In this document: one piece after another, positions 1 through 7,612 of the stretch | Position numbering within the stretch: the stretch's first letter is position 1 | Layout: the number at the start of each line of letters is the position of its first letter | Virus record (IMG/VR): IMGVR_UViG_3300046823_000057 | Span: 1 to 38,846 of that record | DNA length: 38,846 nucleotides | From: a virus | Lineage: Duplodnaviria; Caudoviricetes | Direction: 5' to 3' (one strand) | Translations under genes and position numbers: made by a program | Notes under the pieces: generated by a model | Told to the model about the DNA's origin: nothing | Database searches by the model: none | The model's input: the letters and a program-made list of their open reading frames with translations, nothing else

Positions 1-7
1 CGACCCA

Positions 8-172
8 TCAGCCCCCCTTACGCTTATACTCGTCGGCCGGCTCTCGGCTGGGGTCGAGCTTGGTCGTAGCGGATTGCACGATGCGGGTATGCCGTTCCAG
101 ACGGGCCTCTTCGACCAGACGGGCATTGTGCGCGGCCCTGACGGGGTCGTGGTCGAGCGGTTTCATGCTCAT
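8..172 (-). CDS. Small hypothetical protein (54 aa, MSMKPLDHDP...ADEYKRKGG)
   Basis: Translated by hand; below the ORF-track cutoff. ATGA overlap with the stop of 169..381 and TGATG overlap with a further ATG at 8..6 that runs off the window, so it is translationally coupled on both sides. Confidence 0.7.
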   Translation of the reverse strand: MSMKPLDHDPVRAAHNARLVEEARLERHTRIVQSATTKLDPSREPADEYKRKGG

Positions 173-381
173 GGATCAACTTTCTGCTCTACAACTGTCT
201 GCAGTTCCGTCAGCTCGGCCTCGAGGACGGCGATACGTCCTTCCAGGATAGCGAGGCGATGATCGCGGGCGAGCTCCAGCTGCTCGACTCTGACGGCAAG
301 GGCGTCGAGGACGTCCCTGGCATCCTCGCACACGGCTTTGTCGCCGGCTGAGATCAGGGGCACGATCTTCATATTAGACAT
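169..381 (-). CDS. Small coiled-coil hypothetical protein (MSNMKIVPL...), probable first gene of the late/packaging operon
   Basis: 3' part of track ORF 169..582. Heptad-like LAVRVEQLELARDHRLAILEGRIAVLEAELTEL. Start is ATG381 or ATG372; upstream sequence looks regulatory. Confidence 0.7.
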   Translation of the reverse strand: MSNMKIVPLISAGDKAVCEDARDVLDALAVRVEQLELARDHRLAILEGRIAVLEAELTELQTVVEQKVDP

Positions 382-390
382 GGGGGCATC

Positions 391-485
391 ATCCGCACGA
401 TCCGCACGCTCCGCAATGCGGATTATGCGAGGTAATGGGGTGAGGTTGGGTTTAGGCGTCCAAAAAATACTTCCTAACCCCAACC
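391..485. repeat. 9-bp-period TCCGCA direct repeats plus a 13-bp inverted repeat
   Basis: TCCGCA at 392, 401 and 410 with inverted TGCGGA at 417-422. GGTTGGGTTTAGG (444-456) and CCTAACCCCAACC (473-485) are 12/13 complementary. Confidence 0.75.
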
Positions 486-486
486 C

Positions 487-523
487 TGTGACACTTGACA
501 CACACTGTGACATCTGGCACATA
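487..523 (+). promoter_or_regulatory. Sigma70-type promoter overlapped by two 16-bp palindromic operators
   Basis: -35 TTGACA at 495-500, 17-nt spacer, weak -10 (CACATA, 518-523). Operators TGTGACACTTGACACA (487-502) and TGTGACATCTGGCACA (506-521). Confidence 0.7.
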
Positions 524-565
524 CCGGACACCGGCTGATTGAGCCGAAAACCTGGAGGTTTTGAT

Positions 566-1084
566 ATGTCTACCAAGTACATCGCCCGCTACAACGGCAA
601 GATTGTCGGCAAGCGCACCAGCCAGAATCGCACCTACACCCACGCCTGGGTGATCCAGTATGACGAGACTGCCGCGCGGGATGCTGCCTACAATTACAAG
701 GCATCCCACCACGACCGTCCTAGCTATGACTACGAGTGCGAGATTGCCGCGCAAGGCATCGACCATTGGGCCGTCAAGGTCGAGGCGTGGCGCCCGGTGC
801 CTGACTACAAGCGCATCGAGCAGGCCAAGGAAGCCATCGAGGGCGGCTTCGAAGGCTACGTTGCCCGCCAGCGTGTGCTTGCGATCACTTGGTTCGAACG
901 CAATCTCAAGAACGGCCACTACGAGCCCCACGTTGGCGGCTGGGCCTCTCGCCTGGACCTCGCTCGGAAGGCTTCAGCCTCGCGCGGTGGGCACCTCGTC
1001 GCCATTGTCCCGGCCGAAGCGGTCGGCAAGCCCGCACCGAAGCTTGCACAGGCGGGCGTAGACATCCTCAACGGCCGTAGCTGA
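566..1084 (+). CDS. Hypothetical protein (172 aa, MSTKYIARYNGK...)
   Basis: GGAGG RBS before ATG566 and high-GC3 codon usage. No recognisable family. Confidence 0.85.
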   Translation: MSTKYIARYNGKIVGKRTSQNRTYTHAWVIQYDETAARDAAYNYKASHHDRPSYDYECEIAAQGIDHWAVKVEAWRPVPDYKRIEQAKEAIEGGFEGYVARQRVLAITWFERNLKNGHYEPHVGGWASRLDLARKASASRGGHLVAIVPAEAVGKPAPKLAQAGVDILNGRS

Positions 1085-1092
1085 CCGGCCTG

Positions 1093-1138
1093 TTGCCCTC
1101 CCTCCTGCCCCCGCGAAAGCGGGGGTCGGGAAGGGTAA
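1093..1138 (+). other. Long intergenic RNA stem-loop with GAAA tetraloop
   Basis: CCCCCGC-GAAA-GCGGGGG (1108-1125) extended by TTGCCCT/AGGGTAA. No downstream U-tract, so more likely a processing or stabilising structure than a terminator. Confidence 0.65.
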
Positions 1139-1178
1139 TGGGGCGGCCATTTGACCGTCTAAACCTGGAGAACTGACC

Positions 1179-1274
1179 ATGTCTGAATTCATCTTTCCCC
1201 TGCTGGCGATCGCCATTCTACTGCTGATTTTCAGCTACTTTGGCTTTTGGGGCGTACTGCTGGCGATCCTATGA
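1179..1274 (+). CDS. 31-aa hydrophobic membrane peptide (MSEFIFPLLAIAILLLIFSYFGFWGVLLAIL)
   Basis: Translated by hand. GGAG RBS, ATGA overlap with the next gene, almost entirely hydrophobic. Confidence 0.7.
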   Translation: MSEFIFPLLAIAILLLIFSYFGFWGVLLAIL

Positions 1275-1465
1275 CTGACCAGCAATTCCGCCGTGCCTTA
1301 GTCAGACTCGGTCTGCTTACGCAAGGTGACGCGGCGCGGGTGATTGGCATCTCGCGCCGCAGCGTCATTCGCTACAGCAAGGCTGGCGGCGTATCTCCTG
1401 CCGTCGTCGACCGGGTGATCGAGCTGCTCCAGGAATACGGCATTCCGAAGCGCCTCATGCGCTAG
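1271..1465 (+). CDS. Small Xre/Cro-like HTH DNA-binding protein
   Basis: LLTQGDAARVIGISRRSVIRYSK helix-turn-helix pattern; ATG1271 overlaps the upstream stop. Confidence 0.8.
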   Translation: MTDQQFRRALVRLGLLTQGDAARVIGISRRSVIRYSKAGGVSPAVVDRVIELLQEYGIPKRLMR

Positions 1466-1498
1466 TAGGCCATTGGCCTATAGCCTTCCTTGCCACGT

Positions 1499-1536
1499 AG
1501 GAGCCCGCTGGTGCGTTTTCGCATCGGCGGGCTCCT
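1499..1536. terminator. Strong hairpin between convergent operons (probable terminator)
   Basis: AGGAGCCCGCTGGTGCG-TTTT-CGCATCGGCGGGCTCCT, located between the stops at 1465 (+) and 1546 (-). Confidence 0.7.
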
Positions 1537-1545
1537 TGCTAAGGA

Positions 1546-2175
1546 TCAGAAGTCTAAATCATCCAACGGGTCGTCTAAGCCCCTTTTCGAGTCAACTATC
1601 CCGTCGAGGGGGTCGTCGACCGTCTTGCGTGTCGCCGTGACCGTGGCCCCTGGCCAAGTCTGCTTGGCCTTGGCGATCGCCGGGAAGGCGTGCAGCAGGC
1701 GCCCGATCTCTTCCAGCGTGTAGACCATCACGGCCCTGCCTTCCGCGACCACGCGGTGGGCGTGGTAGGCGTCGGGAACGATCGAGGCGACGATAGCGTC
1801 TTCGCCTTCGCCCACCACGACTTCCCAGACCATCGGGTCGAGGGGTTGCTTGCCGTCTGCTGCCGCGGCGTTGTCCAGCGCCTGCCAAGCCTTGGCCATG
1901 CGCCCCGCCTGGGTCTGCACGTCGATCAGCTGCCCGTACCAGATCGCCTGATTGTAGAGATACCGCTGCCGGTCGAATTTCTCGCGCAGCTCGGCACTGA
2001 CCAAGAGCCGCAAGCGATCGACGCCCCACTTACGTTCCATCTCGATGGCGACCGAATCGGTGCCGTCGATTGCCGCATGGCCGGCGATGTAGGTGCCGTG
2101 GCTATTGGCCCACGCCCTGCGATCGATTGGTTCAGCCAGCATTTCGCTGACCATCTTGCCCGATTTCTTAGCCAT
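1546..2175 (-). CDS. Hypothetical protein, last gene of the replication operon
   Basis: 209-aa ORF overlapping the upstream gene, acidic C-terminus (DDPLDDLDF), good codon bias. Confidence 0.8.
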   Translation of the reverse strand: MAKKSGKMVSEMLAEPIDRRAWANSHGTYIAGHAAIDGTDSVAIEMERKWGVDRLRLLVSAELREKFDRQRYLYNQAIWYGQLIDVQTQAGRMAKAWQALDNAAAADGKQPLDPMVWEVVVGEGEDAIVASIVPDAYHAHRVVAEGRAVMVYTLEEIGRLLHAFPAIAKAKQTWPGATVTATRKTVDDPLDGIVDSKRGLDDPLDDLDF

Positions 2176-2824
2176 GACCCTTCACCTTCTCCTTCTTGGC
2201 GATTGCCTCTAGTTCCAGCTTGATGCGCTTGGCCTCGCGCTCGTATGCGTTCAGGCGCCGATGAACCTCGCGCCGCGCGTTCTTGGTCACCCCCCACTCC
2301 ACGGCTATGTCGAGCACGGCATCGAACATCGGCTTGCGCCGTGGCGCCCCGGCCGGGCAGAACTTGAGCCTGCCGTTGTCGTCCTTGTCGTGGGTTCTGC
2401 CGATAGCGTCCTTGATGGCGTTCTCGTGGCCCCAGACCGGAGCCAGCAGCTGATCGTAGCCGGCCATGATTTCTGCCGTGTCGGAAATCCATTCCCGCAG
2501 CTCGGACAGGGCTAATTTCAATTTCACTTTTTGGCTTTGAGCTTGCTCCGCTCCAGTCGCAAGGGCGGGCGCCGCGAGAGAAAATGAAGTGTGCTCCGCG
2601 CCAGTGCGGCGCGGAGTGGCGCGCGCTTGCGCCACTTCATTTTCTCTTAGGCGCCCGAGTGGAGTGGCGCAGATTTTTGCGCCGCTCTTGCTCCACTCAC
2701 TTTCAGAGCGGCGCAAATTTAGAAGATCCTGATACCTCCGTACATTTAACTTTAAGATCGCCTCGTAAGTGTCGTTCAACTTGACCACGGTTTCGGTCTT
2801 GTATGGGGTCCAGTTTTCAGACAT
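2168..2824 (-). CDS. Hypothetical protein whose 5' half spans the probable origin
   Basis: ATG overlaps the primase-helicase stop. The C-terminal half is helical and protein-like; the middle encodes the repeat region. Confidence 0.6.
   Translation of the reverse strand: MSENWTPYKTETVVKLNDTYEAILKLNVRRYQDLLNLRRSESEWSKSGAKICATPLGRLRENEVAQARATPRRTGAEHTSFSLAAPALATGAEQAQSQKVKLKLALSELREWISDTAEIMAGYDQLLAPVWGHENAIKDAIGRTHDKDDNGRLKFCPAGAPRRKPMFDAVLDIAVEWGVTKNARREVHRRLNAYEREAKRIKLELEAIAKKEKVKGHG
2541..2720. repeat. Probable replication origin: nested inverted repeats and GAGYGGCGC iterons
   Basis: Perfect 15-bp inverted repeat AGAGAAAATGAAGTG (2577-2591 / 2633-2647). Flanking CGGGCGCC/GGCGCCCG. Several GAG(T/C)GGCGC copies in both orientations. 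AT-richer flanks. Directly downstream of the primase-helicase gene. Confidence 0.65.
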
Positions 2825-5048
2825 TAACGGCCCCCCTGTCGGGCCTATTCTGGGGTACGGAGCGCACCCCTTGGCGGGGCTTGCGCTGGATCGGGTCGGT
2901 AAAGTCGAACACCTCCAGCACGTCGTTCTTGAGCCAGTCCCTGACCAGGTTCTTGGCGGTGTCCTCGCTTACCCCCAGGAACCGCATCAGCACTTTGCCC
3001 ACCCAGCGGTCCTTAATCGAGCTGGTCATGACAGCGGCATAGAACTGCCCGGTGGGGCGGCCGTCCTCGTCCAGGGGGCCACGGTCGATGGCGTCCAGGC
3101 ACAGCCCGATGTCGTGCATGGTGACGCCGTCGAGGGCTCCTGGCGGCTTCCACGGCACCAGCACGCCGACCTCGTCGCCCGGCAGGAATCCGGTCCCGTT
3201 GCCCAGGTCGACGCTGTTCTTCTTGAACCACTTCACCGCCCCCTTGCGGCTATGATTGGCCTTGGCGTCGTCGTAGCGGACGTAATCGCCGCGGTCCTCG
3301 TCCGGCACGTTCATCACCTTGGCCTCGTCCTCGGTCATGGCGAACAGCGTCCCCAGAATCCGCGCCGTTCCGATCAGGGCGCCGCCACCACGCGAGGCAT
3401 CGGCATCGCCCGCCATGCCGGAAGCGTATTTCCGGGTATGGTGGACGAGCAGCAGGGCGCACCCTGTCCTGCGAGCCACCTCACGCCACAACATGCCGGC
3501 CCACTTCACCTCCGAATTGCTGTTCTCGTCGCCCTCGAAGGTTTCCGCGAACGGGTCCGCCACGATGACGCCGATGCCTTCCGCCAGGATGGTGGCGACC
3601 AACAGCTCCACCAGCGGCGTCCGCACCACCGTCTTGGTGCGGCTGTCGGCACGGGCGATGACGATCGTCTCCAGCTCGTCCGGCAGCATCACCTGACCAG
3701 CAAGGTCACTCTGCTTGACGCCCATGACCTCGGCCGCCACGAACAGCCGGCGGCGCATCTCGTCGAGGTCGTCCTCGGCATTGATGATCAGCACCTTCTC
3801 GGGCTTGCGCGGGATCCAGCCGGCCCATTGGATGCCGACCGCCACCGCAATGGCTATTTGGATGGTCAGCAAGCTCTTGCCGCTGCCGGGAGGCGCCACC
3901 AGCACCGACAAGTTCTTCTTCAGCAGCAATCCGAGAATGACCCAGTCCCGCGGCGGTATCGCCATGCGCTCGATCGGGAAAGCCGATCGCAGCTTGATCG
4001 GGGTGGCCTGCTTTGCCGGGCCTTGCTCGGGGGGGTCGCTGGCACGCGGCTGCTCGTCCTGGGGCGGCGGATCGGCGGCTTCCTTGACCATCCGCGGCGA
4101 GCCCCAGTGCCGCATGGTGGCACGCCATTTCTGCCGGAACGCCGCCGGCCCGCGGCCGTCCTTCTCCAGACCCTCGCGCTTCGGCATGCCGGTGTGGCGG
4201 TTGGCAACCTTGCGCTCGTAGACCTCGTAGGCGGCGACGGCGCGGTTGAGCCAGTCGGATTCCGGTGGCTTGATCGGGCATTCGCGATACCACTCCAGCA
4301 CCTCCCGCCAGACGGTGCGGAACATCACCTCCTCGCGGCCGTCTTGGTGGTGGCCAAAGGCGTCGGTATCGCCGCCAGGCGGGCTCGCCGTGCGCTCGCT
4401 GGCGCCGGCGCCCGGCTCGCCGCCATAGGCCGCCACCAGGGCCTCGATGGCGTCCAAGAGCCACTGCGGCGCCATCGCAATCTCGATCTCCCACGGCGCC
4501 CGGCCCGGCATCCACTCATAGTCGCGGCCGGATTCGTGATGCGATGGCGCCATCACCGCAAAGCCCGCCTGTCCCCTGATATCGACGCCGATCGAGGTGC
4601 GGTTGGTGGGAGCTCGCCAGCCCTTAGGATACCGAAACAGCTTCTGCCGGCCGCCGCCGCCGGTGCGCTGCTCGACCGTCTCGATGTCCATATTGTTGTT
4701 TTCAACCGCGATCAGGCCCGCCCACCACTGCGCCGCCGCCGGCGTCTTATGGTCGTCGAGGTCGACCACCAGCGTGTCGTCGCTGGCGGCGCCGGTGATG
4801 ATGCCCATATTGCGCCGGCCGGCATATTCACCGCCTGGCCCGTACCAGCGATCGAATGTGAAGTCGGGAGCTAACGTCTCCTGCAACGGCACCCATTCCG
4901 CCAGATGCGGCCGCTTCCATGCCGGCGTTTCGCCGGGCGCATAACAGGGAATGACCTGTAGGCCGCATGCCCGGTACATCGCCGCCCACTGCGAGGGGCT
5001 GGCAAAGTCGGGATCGAAATCGGCTAACGGCTGCGCCATCGTCGGCAT
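2817..5048 (-). CDS. Bifunctional DNA primase/polymerase (Prim-Pol) fused to an AAA/RepA-type helicase
   Basis: N-terminal Prim-Pol motifs (NMGIITG..LVVDLDDH, TGGGGRQKLF, VDIRGQAGFAVMAPSHH). Walker A APPGSGKS, VIVADP Walker B, LLVHHTRK, ASRGGGAL. Confidence 0.93.
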   Translation of the reverse strand: MPTMAQPLADFDPDFASPSQWAAMYRACGLQVIPCYAPGETPAWKRPHLAEWVPLQETLAPDFTFDRWYGPGGEYAGRRNMGIITGAASDDTLVVDLDDHKTPAAAQWWAGLIAVENNNMDIETVEQRTGGGGRQKLFRYPKGWRAPTNRTSIGVDIRGQAGFAVMAPSHHESGRDYEWMPGRAPWEIEIAMAPQWLLDAIEALVAAYGGEPGAGASERTASPPGGDTDAFGHHQDGREEVMFRTVWREVLEWYRECPIKPPESDWLNRAVAAYEVYERKVANRHTGMPKREGLEKDGRGPAAFRQKWRATMRHWGSPRMVKEAADPPPQDEQPRASDPPEQGPAKQATPIKLRSAFPIERMAIPPRDWVILGLLLKKNLSVLVAPPGSGKSLLTIQIAIAVAVGIQWAGWIPRKPEKVLIINAEDDLDEMRRRLFVAAEVMGVKQSDLAGQVMLPDELETIVIARADSRTKTVVRTPLVELLVATILAEGIGVIVADPFAETFEGDENSNSEVKWAGMLWREVARRTGCALLLVHHTRKYASGMAGDADASRGGGALIGTARILGTLFAMTEDEAKVMNVPDEDRGDYVRYDDAKANHSRKGAVKWFKKNSVDLGNGTGFLPGDEVGVLVPWKPPGALDGVTMHDIGLCLDAIDRGPLDEDGRPTGQFYAAVMTSSIKDRWVGKVLMRFLGVSEDTAKNLVRDWLKNDVLEVFDFTDPIQRKPRQGVRSVPQNRPDRGAVNV

Positions 5049-5080
5049 GCCCTGAAACCTGCCCTAGACCTAAAGAGGAG

Positions 5081-5101
5081 CGGGGGGCGCTAGGCCCCCC
5101 G
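5081..5101. other. Intergenic GC hairpin
   Basis: CGGGGGGC-GCTAG-GCCCCCCG between the SSB-like gene and the primase gene. Confidence 0.5.
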
Positions 5102-5108
5102 TTGGTCG

Positions 5109-5807
5109 TCAACCGAAGTCGTCGGCGTCGGCCGTCTCGGGCTCTTTCGCCTTGGCTTTCGGCGGATTCACCTTGGTCGAGCCGGTCGAGGGCGGCGTGG
5201 CGCCTAGCGGCAGCGTGTCGTCTTTGGCGGCGCCATTGCCGTCCTTGGGCACAAAAACCAAATCACCGCGCGGCGCCCACGACACGATCTTGAACACCGG
5301 CTGATAATTGGTCGACTGCTTCTCGCCGGAACCGGACTTGATCGGCATGGTCTTTTCGAGCGCGATCACCGGCAACTTGCCGGGGTTCTTGTCCTTCTCA
5401 ACCAAGTAGGCTTTGTAAACCGGCTCGACGCCGTCCAGAAACTTCTGCGCCGTCGAGGCCATTTCCCGGATCGGCTTGGCACCGCCGCAGCTCTTCGCCA
5501 ATTTGATCATGAACCGCACGCCGTTCTTGTGTCGATCGCTCGGACGTGGCGGCAATGCTTCACCCATCTTCACCAGCACGAAATTAGGGGCGCTGCCGGC
5601 AACGAAATCAATCCAGCCTACTTCCACATTTTCGAAATCGAAGATGGCTTTGAAGTCGCCGGTGATGTCCACCGGATCGTTCTCGAAACCATTGCCGGTA
5701 TCGGTACGATCGATGCGGAAGATGCGCCCGGCGCGGGCGTCGTACTTGACGATCGGCGTGAACTCGCCGCTCGATGGCTTAGGGGCAAACCCAAAAACGC
5801 TGCTCAT
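5109..5807 (-). CDS. Putative single-stranded DNA-binding protein
   Basis: Position between nuclease and primase-helicase. Beta-rich core, P/K/A-rich linker, acidic-aromatic tail (ADADDFG). GGAG RBS; start is ATG5807 or GTG5813. Confidence 0.6.
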   Translation of the reverse strand: MSSVFGFAPKPSSGEFTPIVKYDARAGRIFRIDRTDTGNGFENDPVDITGDFKAIFDFENVEVGWIDFVAGSAPNFVLVKMGEALPPRPSDRHKNGVRFMIKLAKSCGGAKPIREMASTAQKFLDGVEPVYKAYLVEKDKNPGKLPVIALEKTMPIKSGSGEKQSTNYQPVFKIVSWAPRGDLVFVPKDGNGAAKDDTLPLGATPPSTGSTKVNPPKAKAKEPETADADDFG

Positions 5808-5867
5808 TTTCACTTCTCCATGTCGCTGCGATCAGGCCCGCAGCCGCGCCGCTCCCGTTGTCGGGAA

Positions 5868-6602
5868 TTAGAAACCCCAGCACTCGTATCCGGCCTGCCT
5901 TGCGGCTGGGTTCGCCCAATAAAATGACGAGAAATCCGGTGCCGTTATGTCGACGTAGAATTGCGGATCGTCCGACAGCGCCAGAAAATTCTCTATCTTG
6001 TGAGCGATCTGCACCAAGGCGGCGCGATGCTCGCGCGCGTTCTCCACCTTGTAGGTGGCCGACTTGCGCGGCGTGACGTAGCTCACGCGGCCGTCGAGAT
6101 TGTCGGAGATGGCGCCGGTATAGAGCGCCACTTGGCGCGCGTGCGGCAATTGTATCTTGGTGTGCAATTTCTCGGTCGTCTTGAGGTCGATCAGAATCCC
6201 GTGCTGCTCCCAATAGAAATCAAAGAAGCCCAGGAACGGATATGCCAAGCCCTCGGCCTGCCACTCGATCTGCCCTTGCGTTTGCGTTGGCACGCCGTAA
6301 GGCCGCAACTCCTCAAGGCCGATCGGCACCATGCCTTCCAGTAGCTTGCGTTGGTCTTCCCGGCGCGGATCGCCCGACAATGCCGTCAGGCCGTCGAATA
6401 TCTTGTAGGCGTGCGCAATGCAGTCCTCGACCTTGGCGTCGGGATCGAGCAGGCCCATCGCAATGCCGGCCTCGACCGCGGTGCCCCTTGGTGCCGCAGC
6501 GCCCACTGGCTGCTTTTGCATCAGGATGCGCTCGAGGATGTACATCTCGCGGTCGGCACAGAACAGATTGCAGCCGGCAACACTGTGGTGTTCGATCTTC
6601 AT
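5868..6602 (-). CDS. PD-(D/E)XK nuclease (RecB/Cas4-like phage exonuclease)
   Basis: HHS..C, RGTAVE, FLGFFDF...ILIDLKTT, HARQVALY. The real start is ATG6602, overlapping the RusA stop, not the longer track ORF start. Confidence 0.88.
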   Translation of the reverse strand: MKIEHHSVAGCNLFCADREMYILERILMQKQPVGAAAPRGTAVEAGIAMGLLDPDAKVEDCIAHAYKIFDGLTALSGDPRREDQRKLLEGMVPIGLEELRPYGVPTQTQGQIEWQAEGLAYPFLGFFDFYWEQHGILIDLKTTEKLHTKIQLPHARQVALYTGAISDNLDGRVSYVTPRKSATYKVENAREHRAALVQIAHKIENFLALSDDPQFYVDITAPDFSSFYWANPAARQAGYECWGF

Positions 6603-7009
6603 CGCGGTTCCGTTCTGACCTCGATCCGCAAGCGCGGCCGGTCTGAGTAATGTTTGGTGATCGTGGCCTCGACTACTTGCGCGTCGTCGCGCCACACGAT
6701 GGTGTTGAAGGCGTCGAGCACCTTGATCAGATTGTCGATGTCGGGGCGCCCGGTCGGGCGCGTGATGTTGAGCATCGCCGCGGCGCGCTTCTTCTGGCTC
6801 CAGCTCACCGGCACCGGAAAGAACGCTTCTACCTTGATGGCCACCGCACCCTCGATCGGCGGCCGTCCGCACATCACGTCTTGCGCGGCGAGCAATAGAT
6901 TCGTTTCGAAGTTGCGGGTCTTCTCGGGCGTGTAGGCGTGGCCGGTCGCCCGCATGAAACGCGGTCGGCCCTTGCCTACGGGTGTGCCAGCTAGCTCGAC
7001 GACGATCAT
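6599..7009 (-). CDS. rusA: RusA family Holliday junction resolvase
   Basis: PVGKGRPRF, YTPEKT, RPDIDNLIKVLDAFN, WRDDAQVV motifs. Confidence 0.93.
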   Translation of the reverse strand: MIVVELAGTPVGKGRPRFMRATGHAYTPEKTRNFETNLLLAAQDVMCGRPPIEGAVAIKVEAFFPVPVSWSQKKRAAAMLNITRPTGRPDIDNLIKVLDAFNTIVWRDDAQVVEATITKHYSDRPRLRIEVRTEPR

Positions 7010-7387
7010 TTACTCCCCCGCCGGAGCCGCGGCCCGCATCTGCGCCTGCTCGGCCAGCGTCGGCACACCCTCGTCCTGAAACAGCCGTTGCGCGGCGTTG
7101 ATGATGGTCGACAATCTCACCTGATCGTCCTTGGCGCGGTCGCGCTCGAGCAAACAAGTGGTCGCCCGGCTCTCGAGCATCACCCGCTCCCGTTTCATTG
7201 CCTCGAGCTCAGTCTCGAGCTCGCGGATCTGGACCCTGGCCTCAGCTAGGTCGCGGTAGGTTTCGTCGAGCAGCTGTTCCCTGGTCTGCTGGTACTCCAT
7301 CGAAACCCGCATGGCGTCGAGCCGGTGGGTAGGCAGTGACACCGCCGGTACGCTTGGCTTGCCGTTGCCGTTTGGTGGCTTGTTCAT
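7010..7387 (-). CDS. Coiled-coil hypothetical protein
   Basis: GGAG RBS, heptad-rich sequence, abuts rusA. Confidence 0.8.
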   Translation of the reverse strand: MNKPPNGNGKPSVPAVSLPTHRLDAMRVSMEYQQTREQLLDETYRDLAEARVQIRELETELEAMKRERVMLESRATTCLLERDRAKDDQVRLSTIINAAQRLFQDEGVPTLAEQAQMRAAAPAGE

Positions 7388-7396
7388 GGCTTGCTC

Positions 7397-7612
7397 CTAA
7401 TCAAAGTTGGTCTTCAGACTCGAGTCTGTCGGCATCGGCATGCGCCGCGGCGACTTGGTGCCGTATGGCTGGCTCGTCGTCAGTCGTTCCGGGTGCTCGC
7501 GCATTAGCGCCAATTGCATCGCTTCGTCGGATGCCTGGCGCATGCTGTGGTCGACGCGATCGATGACCTCGATGCGCAGCTCGTCGTCGGAAATCTGATA
7601 TCCGCGCTTCAT
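7397..7612 (-). CDS. Hypothetical protein (MKRGYQISDDELR...)
   Basis: ATGA overlap with the MT-A70 stop; fills the operon. Confidence 0.7.
   Translation of the reverse strand: MKRGYQISDDELRIEVIDRVDHSMRQASDEAMQLALMREHPERLTTSQPYGTKSPRRMPMPTDSSLKTNFD

Noticed and set aside
2769-4874. 701-aa plus-strand ORF, and similar long ORFs such as 35193..36095, 28089..28826 and 21116..21832
   Set aside because: Antisense shadows of well-supported genes (primase-helicase, portal, capsid, ejection protein), expected in high-GC DNA; no motifs or RBS.
5868-6602. Cas4 / CRISPR system
   Set aside because: Stand-alone PD-(D/E)XK nuclease in a recombination module; no Cas4 Fe-S cysteine cluster, no other cas genes and no repeat-spacer array seen.
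6603-7157. N-terminal extension of the nuclease ORF (429-aa track call)
   Set aside because: Overlaps rusA in another frame and has an Arg-rich junk composition; ATG6602 in an ATGA overlap is the better start.
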